A stretch of 64,000 nucleotides of DNA from Lingula anatina (lineage: Eukaryota; Animalia; Brachiopoda), in assembly GCA_051362555.1 (NCBI GenBank), contig CM120641.1, forward strand, positions 19,778,001-19,842,000, read 5' to 3'. A model generated the notes under the pieces. The model was not told the origin of the DNA and did not search any database. It worked only from the letters and a program-made list of their open reading frames with translations. Positions 53,731 to 64,000 of this stretch are shown here, piece after piece; the first letter of the stretch is position 1; each line of letters starts with the position of its first letter. Both the position numbers and the translations under genes were made by a program.

Positions 53731-55262
53731 AACAAAATAATCCCAAGTTTCACACGACCCCTATCGTTCACCTCGTCCACCTTGCCACATTTGAGATTGG
53801 AGATTTGGACTGGTACAGTATGGAGTTGGGGATACGGCTTATTTCCAGACAGAATGGCCCTTGACTTACATTGTTAAATTATGGAATTGTAGATTGAGGT
53901 CAGTGTTTTACAATTGCTTGTGATAACGTTATTAGTGGGTTGTTTCACGGCACTTGGGATTTATCATTGAGATGTGTGTAAAAATTCTATTCAAATAGTA
54001 TTTACTATCATAAGTGCTAGTACTCGTAATTTCCGAACTGCTGTATCTCTGCCCTGGTCTGAAAAGAGCCTAACCGGACAGTGCATATCATAATTACTTT
54101 TTATGTTGCCTTTCTAAATTGCAACTTCTTAAGTGATAGCTTCTCTATACTAACTGGTATTTATTGTGTCAGAAGGTTGAACGTTATGTTCAGCTTGGAC
54201 ACATTCGTCATGCATACAATTATGTATGATGATTGACTGGTTGATGAGAATGCACTTTTAATTTTACTTTTGAAAATAGTTGTATTTTGGGGTCTAATAT
54301 TAATTAAACTGTAGTATGTATATTTGCTTTAAGTGGTACTGTAGAGAAATATTTATCACAATGAGCCTTTGAAAGTTTGGAATATAAATTAGTGATAATC
54401 ATACATTTTTATTAGCAAATATAGACAAATATATAAAAGGATAGCAAACTTGTTAAAAATTATACTGGGAATAAACAATTTCTGTGTCAAGTAGTTGCAC
54501 AGTAGTTTGATATCTTTTATCTTCATGCAACACTTAATGCAAGAAAAGTTGGTTTTATGGGTACATAAAAAGGATAATTAGCATCAAGGAAGAGATTGTA
54601 ATTATTAAATAATATGTTAATAGAATGTGACATGTAACCAGGGTTGCCAACATTGTAGGTCTCCACATGGATGGATCTATTGTTTGAAAGTGTAGCTATT
54701 ATCATTAGAATAGCATAGGCCTGTCTCACAGGAGGTACAGCCCTAAAACTTGTCTAAACTTTAAGGTCACTTTGGCACAAGATGAATGGGCAGTAGTGCA
54801 ATTTAAGTATTCTGTTTAAGTTTGAAAATGCCCTAAAGTGATTTTTTAGAATATTTTTGTCATCTTTCTCGGTTCTAACTTTAATAATGATAAGATAATC
54901 TGAAGTGTACCTGAGGTCATTATTTCCTTTGAAGCCTTAGAACAGAGCAAGGTCCAAGACTTGGTATCCTGTGTCCTCACATGAGATATAAATTTGTCTA
55001 TTTTCTACTTAATACAAGGCCATGTTTCAAAACTTCTCAAGGATTTATGTTTTCTTATTTTTTGTTTGAATTGAAAACTAAATCATTCACAATCTGTGTG
55101 CAGTTTGTGTCTTTTGAAATGCCAGGAAGACAAAAGGCAGTCTTAATGTTAGGAGAAGCATTTAGAGCTAAAGCCCAGAGGGGATACCTTTAACTGCACC
55201 GTTTTATAACAAGAGATACATGGCTTGGATTTAAGGCAACACTTAATTTAACTGGACTATTA

Positions 55263-55503
55263 GGCTGCGTTCACATGAAAAATCTATTTTCTAAAAATCT
55301 ATTTGCGGTATCTTGTGATCACGGTCTGTGCCCTGAATATCCCACGGCGTAATTACTGGCAGCGCCGAGAATTAATTACAGCTTTGAAAGTAACTGGTTG
55401 TTGCTGCCCGTAATTATGCCGTGGGTTATTCAGGGCACAGACCGTGATCACAAGATACCGCAAATAGATTTTTAGAAAATAGATTTTTCATGTGAACGCA
55501 GCC
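55263..55503. mobile_element. Young palindromic PIF/Harbinger-type MITE
   Basis: About 101-bp TIRs beginning ggctgcgttcaca (first 77 bp perfect, 3 mismatches in total), a ~39-bp spacer, and TSD TTA on both sides. Confidence 0.9.
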
Positions 55504-56814
55504 TTATATATGTATCATGAACCGAAGCAGTTCTTACTGATTAACAGTATCTGTAGATATGGCCCTGATTAGTTTAATAAGATGTTTGGGAAAAAGTGAG
55601 CAGTCAGATGATACCCTGTGTAAAAATTTAACTATCATCTACTATTTTGAAGTAAGAACGAGCCAAGAATTACATGCATCAGAAAACAATGAATAGAGTG
55701 CATACAAATGTGCCAAGTTGGCAACGCTCAGTTTCATTATTCAGTGAGCCTGTTTTTTATTTATTTTTTTTAACCCATAGTATCACATTCTTGCATTGCA
55801 CTCTTCAGGGGAAGAATTCTACCATGAACTTCTTTCTTTTTTCACTAGACCTAATTTATGTTCATTTTTCAGCTGTTTTTTAACCCCCCCCCCCCAAAAA
55901 AAAAAAAAAAGAATTAAAGATTTCAACCTTGTCTGATGAAGTCTATTTGGTGGTCTGACCCATCCTGTTGACAACTTGCATGTTTTAATGCTAGAACAGA
56001 AAAGCATATATGTCCATTTACATGGACATTATTCTCTCAATCTTTCTTTCTCTCAATATTTCTTAGATATCTGAAAATGTGCACAATTTCAATGCCCTTA
56101 CTAAAAAAAAAGTTGATATACAAAGATAATAAAATTGCTCATAGAGAGCAAAAAAACTTGCAAAAGTTGTAAATTTTTTAAAATTTCAATTTACTTTTAA
56201 TTTTTATTCATTTTTGAATCTAGTATTATTTAGATTTAATTACAAATTAAACAAGAAAATGCATGTTGTACTGGCAGCATATTTATTCTATCTAAATCTA
56301 ACTTTGTTTTACACTGCATTATAATTGCATAAATGATTGCCATATTTTTTAGTCTTTTTTATAAGTAGATATCTGATAATACTGTAACTATGTTTTCATA
56401 TAAATAAATAAAACGATGTTAACATATGCTTAAATATGCACAACCATATACTGCCTGCCTGGGCCGAATCTCCCCGACCAACCAATAGACTTGCAAATTC
56501 TTTGCAAGTAACAAGAATGAGAATCGCCATAGTTGCTCCTCATCTATATAGACATTTTCTACATGTCATTTCTATCCTTGTAAAACAATCTTAGCAGCGT
56601 ATAAATATATAGCAGAAATGCTATGTAAGCCCCTGGCCAGTTTCAGTTATAACGGATGAGAACGGGGCTTGAAATGATTTTAATGGCTGTGACTTCTGCT
56701 AATAGCTCCTTTAAAAGGAAACCAGAAGTTGCTTATGGCATTGATCGTGATTGAATAAAAATTTAGATAAAAGAATGAGATTGAAACAATTTGATAAAAA
56801 TGATGCACACAGCC

Positions 56815-56862
<48 letters not shown>

Positions 56863-57927
56863 TGCAGGGCAATTTGTATCAATTAACTTGTTTTCTGGTG
56901 GTATGCCATGACCTATGGGGACTTGTGGCACAGTGTGGTTGCATTGTACAGTACATACTGGGTATTATAGGTTGTGTAAAGTTAGGAAACATTGGCTATT
57001 GCTTGCCCAGAAAGATTTGTTTCAAGTTGTAACAAGGTTTGCTCTTGACAGGTTTGCTGTCTGAAAAAGCATTGTGTGAAAGTAGTGCAAAGGCAACTTC
57101 TGATTACTGATAGTACAGTCTGGTGGATCGGACGGCATTTTAAAAACTAAAATCCATAAATTTCAGACTGAGATCATGTATTGGGTTTCACATGTGTCCA
57201 CAAAGCATGGAATTTTCAAATCAGGATATCAATTCTTATCTGTACATATATTTCTAGTTATAAGATATCTAACAAGAGGAAGTGTGTAATTATACCATGG
57301 AAAACTAAATGTTGTCAAGCAAGTTGTCATAAGTCCTCAGACAATGTTTTATGACACCACTCTCTTTTTATCAATTCATTGCAAGTATTAGCATTTACAT
57401 TCAGGCAGCCTTTGTTCAAATTATCTGTAATGGTAATTTAGTATCACCTGTTTAACAAGTAGTGTTGAATGTGGTTCGTGCATCTTTTTTTTTGTATTTA
57501 CAGTGTAAATAGGAGTGGTTAACAAAGATCTGGTTTGAACTACATTACTTCTGTATGCGTGCACTATATATTGCTATTTTCTCTATGTGGCAAACCAGCA
57601 TGGCCTACATTTAGAACTGCATTTATTCAGATAACTTCTCTCTGGATTTTACCCCATTCTTGTTGGGGCCTAACTTAGATACTATTGGGTACTTAGTGCT
57701 CTCTGTTGCCTAAACTGCAGTTATGATATAAAGAGGAGAATTACTAGTAAGCAGTATCTTTTACAGAATGCTACTTAGTGCCAATTTCATTTCTAATTAA
57801 TTCAGCATTAAGTACATAAATCACTGAGTGTTTAATGCATTTTTTATTTTAGATGTATGTATAGGAGAAAACAGACATTGAGTACCTGTAAGATTAGTAG
57901 GAGGATGTCCTAAGGAACACTTTTGTC

Positions 57928-60900
57928 ATGAGACGAAGACACCTGGTGTATGTTATCATTGTCTGCCTGGTGGGATGGCATCTCCTGGCATACATGACAA
58001 TGCCTAGGAAAGTAGCAGAAAAGGTAAAGAAAATTGTGATGTCATTTATTTAAGCTTAAGAAAATATAAAAAATGCGTATTTTTAGTATTGTAGTGTACA
58101 GCCAAGTTGTTTGGGTGAACAGTGATGGACATGCTTTTAGTAAACATTATTACTTTTTAAATTTTATGATAGCAAACATAGATCAACAGTTTTGTTATAT
58201 ATGTAAAATGAATTGATTATTTTCTTCAATAAATGGATGTCAAACATTATCCTTCTTTTTCTAGAAAAAAATCTTTTTCATTAGTATAAATATGATATTT
58301 GACTTCCAGTGCTTTTTTTTTATAATCACAATGACAAGATCTGAAATGGATATTTTCAGGTTTTGTAATTGATGAGTCTTTTGTATTAGTACTAACACAA
58401 TGCTACAACTAATCAGATGATAGATCTTTTCTGAAATATCATCTGTATTTATATTAACTTTCAATCTCTGTTTTATATTCTGCTTATTAGCCAAATTATA
58501 AATTTTTGTGACCACCAGGAAGATGTTGACTGAGAGTAATATTTTATCACAGCAGTAATTGTTTCTCTTTAATTTTAATTATTTTCCATCATTCATGTTT
58601 TGTCTTTGCATAGGGTGTACACTTGGCTTTTTACTCTAAGTGCACTTTTCAGTATATAATCCTTAGTGCATCCGAACTACCTGTTTGGAGCCAGAACCCT
58701 CCAAAGTGTTTACAGGTGGTAGATACCAAAGTAACTATCTTTAGATCCATTAACTTTCCATCACCACATTAAAACAGCAATCATAGATTACCATGTCCCA
58801 AGGTTGTTATTTTACCCAATAAGACTATAACTGATAATGTTAGTTCTGGAAGCAATTTGTGGCATTTATTGGCAAGGGCCCATTATTTCATGCAGTTTGT
58901 TCATCCAAGCTTTCCAGGGATGGTGTTTTGAGGAAAGGAAATTGATGTTCGAGCCTCTAAGGGATTCTGTCAATTTTTTACAGCATGTTTGAGGCTATGT
59001 TCACCATCCTAAACCCTAAAGATATCATACATTAAGCTTCTCAAAGTGCATAGATCTGATATTTTTTACATGTTTTAAAGAGTAAAATTACACAGAAAAA
59101 TTACTAATGTCAAATAATACTGAAATATATGTAGAATAACATAATTCTGTAAGATTAGCAGCCCTGGGACTTGTTCACTAAGAGGGCTTACCTAATCAGG
59201 TAATTGACTAATTGCTGTCAGAGTATAATTACATTACATAGAACAGAGTGATTTTTCGTCATGAGATCTTATCCAGGTTTGCCTTTTATTACTGGGCCCC
59301 GTGTCACTGCATGGGGGAGAGAGGGATTACAGCAAAGCATGTAATTTATCAATATTTCTTCATTCCATTGCTTGTTCCTTCTCCCTCCCAATGCTTTCTT
59401 CCTCTTCCCCTTTTACATCAAATTTCATGTCAATCATCCACATACAGATTTCATCAAAAGGGTTTTTGCAGTCCTTTAAGTGTTCACAAATCTCGTGCAG
59501 TACGTATGTTATCTGTACTAAGAGTATGGGGAACACAAGGGCAATGCAAGGGCAACGCAAGTGGACATAAAGTAGTCTTCCTGACTTCCTACGGTTGTTG
59601 CTCGTCCTTTGTTGTTGGTATAATGGTTATTTGCCTTGTGGTATCCTGGGCAGTGACATCAAAAGCCTCTGACAGTCCAATCCGTGAGAAGCTCGTGTCC
59701 AGGTTATGTAGTGACAGTCTGGTCTGGGAGGGATTCTGACAAAAATAAGACATAAATAAGAAATCTTTTTAAAAATTAATTAAAATGTATGAGGTTTTTA
59801 CTGCTCTAAAACAGACATGAAGTACTCTGATAACATCGAAAGCATAGTTTGGTAGAGGCCTCATCAACATTGACAAAATTCCTCCAACAAATATATTTTA
59901 ACGAGTACTGATCTGTGTGACTGGGACTAAAGGGGCACTGCATGAACGAGATGGAACAGTCGTCAATTGCTGTTGTGCCTGCTGATGTTGCCATGTTTGC
60001 TGTGGTTGCTTTTTCCACTGCTGAGGCTGGGAGGGCCATTGCTGCTGCTGATGCTGCCAACATTGCTGTGATTGGGGTGTCCACTGCTGGGGCTGGCTTC
60101 GCTGCTGCTTCGGCTGCAACCACTGCTGGGGCTCCCCCTGCCACCTTGGACGCCGCATTCTTTGTTGGGATGTCCAGTGCTGGGGCTGGCTTCGCTGCTG
60201 CTTCGGCTGCAACCACTACTGGGGCTCCCCCTGCCACCTTGGATGCCGCATCTTTGTTGGGAGGTGCTCTGCAGTGCTAGCGGAACAGAGGATGACTGTG
60301 TCGAATATCTGGACTCGGGACTTGAAGGAGGGATATGGGATTGTAGTGATGGGTATGGGCGGGTATACTCTTGCATGAAGGCCTGTGCGGCGCTTTGGAA
60401 CTCTTCCCACCAATGTTCGGGTACTTTGGCCATCTGGGCCAATATCCACTGGCCAAGTGCCACTCTCTCAAACTCTCTAGCTAGGGAAATGAAATGTTAC
60501 TACATTTATCAAAATGAAAAATGATGATATAACGAATAATACAACATGATCTAATCAAAACTTAATTTTCATGTGTCAGGTATGACAGAAAATGCGCTTA
60601 TGTGCTATGTGCTAAATTAGAAACTCTTGTTCATTACATTATGGAGAAAAAATGCACCTACCTTTTTATTAAGTCCTCGACAGGAATTATCCTTGAAATA
60701 CCCTCGACCAGCAGGTCATCCAGCCTGGATTTTTTTGGCCTTCTTAGAGACCAATGGTGGCTACAGCTGGTCGTGATGGTCTGACTGGCTTGTTGGTGGG
60801 TTAAATGGTCCTCCTTATCCTCATCACTAGCTTTCCCCATCTGAAAAAACATTCATTTCCATTCTCCTTATATTGACACATTTTCTTCTGTTTTTTCTGC

Positions 60901-63776
60901 ACAACCTCATTTCCCTTCTTTACAATTACATGTATGTTGGAAAATTATTTTTTATTGAGGTATGATATTTTCCCGGCAGATTATGGTAAAAAATTGCTTT
61001 CCTCAACCTACATAACGTGTTGAAATGTTTTTTTTAAATGGTTCATAACACATGTAGGAAATAAACCAAGTCATGATTAAAATCAGCATAATCAATAAAA
61101 TAGTTTATAATGATCATTTTCACCTACTGGTGCTGTCTCTGTTGTATAAGTCCTTGGAACTATGTGGTTTTTTAGAAAACTGAAATTCTGCAGCTACCAT
61201 TTCTTCCTAGCTGTCAGTGATTCTGCAGCCTGTCCGGATTTCTTTTTATAAAGCTTTCCAACGGAGGTTCTTTGGTTTTTCACCAGCCAATTATCTTCTT
61301 TGCTGTAGAATAAAGAAATGAAATATTTTGTTTAAAATTAATTCATTGTCAAGCATATTTTTGTTTGCAGTTGATCAAACTCCTTATTTTGTACTTAACA
61401 CATACATTAATAAATATGCAATGAAAAATTGTTAAATAAATATGTTTGGTATACTTACCGTTTGAGTCCAGCTTTTTTGACAGTCCTGCCAACAGCTTGT
61501 CTTTATTCGTTTGGTTTAGGTAGTTCGGGTGGGATTTGTTATAAAAACAATTGTTGTTTGAGAAGAATTCCACTATCTTCTCCTCCTTACTTGCTCTGAA
61601 TGAATACAACACTTTTTTCTCATTGTCCAGCCACTCTTGCTCCTCCTCACCCTCACCCTCATCCATTTCTTCACGGACCTCATTCCTCTCTTCTTCCATG
61701 CTTCTGGCCAATTCCAACGTGGCTCTCTCTTCTTCTTCTCTTGGAAACTCTTCTTCCATGACCCTTGCCTGGCTTGTCTCCGGTCCACCTCTCCCCCTCT
61801 TGCTCTTCGCTGTCTTTTTTGGCATTTTACGCAGCGGCTGTTGATCATGTCGAAAAAATTTCTATGTGCTGTCTGCACTGTAGACCAGACGTAGAAGCCC
61901 GTACGTTGGGTTGGAACCCAGGCTTAAGTTACTGCTGATGGGAACAAACCTTGGGTTACTTATAAGTTGTTTAACAGCTGCCTAGAGTCCAACATACTAC
62001 TGCCTGAATAAATAATTTAAGACTGATATAATATATGATATAATATATGATATATTCTATGATCATCCTGGATTGAGAAAGTTGATTGAAATCTGTCAAA
62101 GTTGGGTGCTTTATCACCCATGATTATATAACATGATAAATGTATAGTTTTCATTCTAGTAAGTTCAAGTGTTTTGATGCTGATGTAATTTTAAATACCA
62201 TATGAACACGGCCCAAAATTTTACATAATAATGTATGTGCATTTGTTTTCTTGTTGTCACCATTCTAGACCAGCAGTTAAGAGCATGTCCATGTCAATTT
62301 GCCAACATGATTTGAGGAAATAGATGTAATGGAGTTAAACTCTCCCACTGGAACCTACTTAATTCCATTTTCTCTGGATTAAATTTCCTGTTCTAAAATT
62401 GTTTGCAAGTTGAGTGATTAAAAATTTTTGGACTCTCTTTTGGTCTGATTGCCTGTAGGATGTTTCTGCTTTGCTTCAATTCTTTCTTTGTTATTTGATT
62501 CAGAGATGAGGTAGAATGCTTTGGTAAAAGGCAGTTAAGTCAATTGATCTTTTTCATTAATAATGATTTAAAATGTCAATGCAATTTCCGTTAAGCAAGT
62601 TACTGGTGAATATGAACCAGATGACTGTGCCACAAAACCGACCAACACATGTGTATCATATAGATTTTATTATATAATATTCTGTCCTGTCATCAGTATT
62701 GTAAATATTGCCTTGGTTTCATGTGGAATGCATAAGATATTTCTGCTTTTATGGATAAAGTTGTTCTTGACTAGATTCAATTATCCCTTATTATGATGAA
62801 AAGAGGGGAAAATGCCAGACAAGTGATAATACAAAGAGGATTAATGCAAATACTAAAAGAGTCAATTGATAGATTATAATTTTTAAAAAAATGTGCATAC
62901 ATGTTTTAAGGCAGCTGAAAAGAATTATGTCCAAGTACAAAGATGTTTCATTTTGTTAGCTTGTATTAATCTAAAACCAGTCTTGGAGATGCTCTTGGAA
63001 GAATAATTCATTGATAAAGGGTTGCTTAGACAGAAATATCCCATGGCTCTATTTGAAAATGGGGCATTTGGGATTTTTTCATGATATTTTCTCATTTTCC
63101 CAGAGGCAACACGAATGATTGCCTGCTAATGTAGCTTGCTCTTGGGGTCTTTGAATAACATTTTGCTGCTCTCTAATCCATACATTTTTGTATTTCCTAT
63201 AATTTTGATAGCACACTGTACCATTAAGACTAGAAACAATTATAGTCTATGTGAGTTATATCCGTACTGTACAATAAATATGTAAATGATTTATAGACCA
63301 GAAATGAATATTGCAATGACAAAAAATGGAAAAGACACAAGTTGTCTCTTTCACTGTAATCTCAGTTTGAAATGAATGTTGAGAGACACCTAAGGTATCC
63401 AGCTTGTCACACAAATCTCATAAATGCTTTATGTGGAGATGAGTATGTTGGGTAAAACTTTTGATTTGACTCTCACAACTTGGTGGTGATGGTGCACTTA
63501 TTCTCAAGTTTTCAGGCATATGGAAGATTTTCTTTTTGTCTTGCTGATTCTGCAAAACCGGTATTCAACTTGGAATTGTCCACTTTATACATAAAAAAAA
63601 TCTTCCTTTTCCATAGAGTGCCACCATGGATAAAGAGACTCTTTTGAGACGTTTAAAGGCACTCCAACAAGAGGTGCGCCAGCAGGCTAATTTTCACGAA
63701 AAGTTATTGAAGCAGTTGGTTGAAGAACGGAAAGCAGTTGAATCTGATCTTGTACAAGGGAGAGGAGATTATTTGA
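57928..63776 (+). CDS. 5' coding exons of a type II membrane protein (signal anchor + coiled-coil stem), possibly a Golgi glycosyltransferase such as GnT-I/MGAT1; continues beyond the window
   Basis: Exon 57928-58023 (MRRRHLVYVIIVCLVGWHLLAYMTMPRKVAEK|gt) splices in phase 0 to 63617-63776 (SATMDKETLLRRLKALQQEVRQQANFHEKLLKQLVEERK...|gtaagt). Short basic tail, one TM segment, heptad stem. No catalytic domain is visible in the window. Confidence 0.55.
59589..61825 (-). pseudogene. Decayed MADF/Myb-SANT DNA-binding gene (PIF/Harbinger accessory-ORF type), nested antisense in an intron
   Basis: Exons ~61825-61459, 61302-~61128, 60840-~60662, ~60480-59900 and 59735-59589. MADF-like EEKIVEFFSNNNCFYNKSHPNY...W(W)KNQRTSVGKL..KKSGQAAESLTARKKW*LQNFSFLKNHI. 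Lesions: a 1-nt deletion near 61281, in-frame TAG at 61194-61196, and a further TAG at 60216-60218. Confidence 0.7.
60081..60262. repeat. Two-copy 93-bp tandem repeat inside the MADF pseudogene
   Basis: cca(c/g)tgctggggctggcttcgctgctgcttcggctgcaaccact(g/a)ctggggctccccctgccaccttgga occurs at 60081 and 60174. Confidence 0.9.
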
Positions 63777-64000
63777 GTAAGTTGGAGAGGCGTGGTACTC
63801 TGGGAAAATGGGATTTTTATTTCTGGCTTTATTTTGAAAGGCCATTCAAAATACATGCTCTCATTGGATGGAGTAATTTTTCATAAAAAGGCTTGGCTAC
63901 AGACAGTTTCTTTAGAAAGATTGAAGGGAAGAAAAGGTTAACTTCTTTTCTTTTAATTGCATTAACATTATATATCTTCATTACTGGCTGCACGTTTGTC

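Noticed and set aside
58620-59340. Candidate Harbinger transposase next to the MADF relic
   Set aside because: The frames I read have many stops and no DDE_Tnp_4 motifs (e.g. GAIDG, GDxxY).
59806-60524. Multiple overlapping Ala-rich and Leu-rich ORFs on both strands
   Set aside because: Explained by a GC-rich 93-bp repeat and CAG/GCT-rich low complexity within the MADF relic.
61280-61283. In-frame TGA as selenocysteine or programmed readthrough
   Set aside because: The conserved motif continues in a different frame, so a 1-nt deletion is the simpler explanation, and further stops follow.

Overview
AT-rich, intron-rich animal genomic DNA. A lophotrochozoan or mollusc origin is inferred from composition and protein style only. 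In order, the window holds: the last five coding exons of PRPF3 (+); an 8-copy ~150/160-bp tandem array that probably lies in the 3' UTR of a convergent minus-strand gene encoding a four-TM protein with PPxY motifs; four intact cathepsin L-like (papain C1A) genes, three on + and one divergent copy on -; a class A GPCR with a single coding exon; a multi-exon gene for an MGCGAS-starting coiled-coil protein (-); and, head-to-head with it, a type II membrane protein gene, possibly MGAT1-like (+, running off the window). An intron of that last gene holds a decayed MADF/Myb (PIF/Harbinger-type) gene. Several MITEs with terminal inverted repeats (TIRs) and target-site duplications (TSDs) are visible. 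The cathepsin cluster carries the most interesting signals. Copy 2 is an 'anti-Lepore' chimera with a copy 3-like 5' half and a copy 1-like 3' half, and its NSWG motif reads NWWG across a splice junction. Copy 3 has duplicated exon-start/acceptor cassettes that could give prodomain-only or Cys25-less isoforms. Copy 4 has a remodelled S2 pocket (GGWP, paired Cys133/Cys160) and a different intron pattern. All exon boundaries were read by eye from GT/AG sites and frame continuity; no database search was run.
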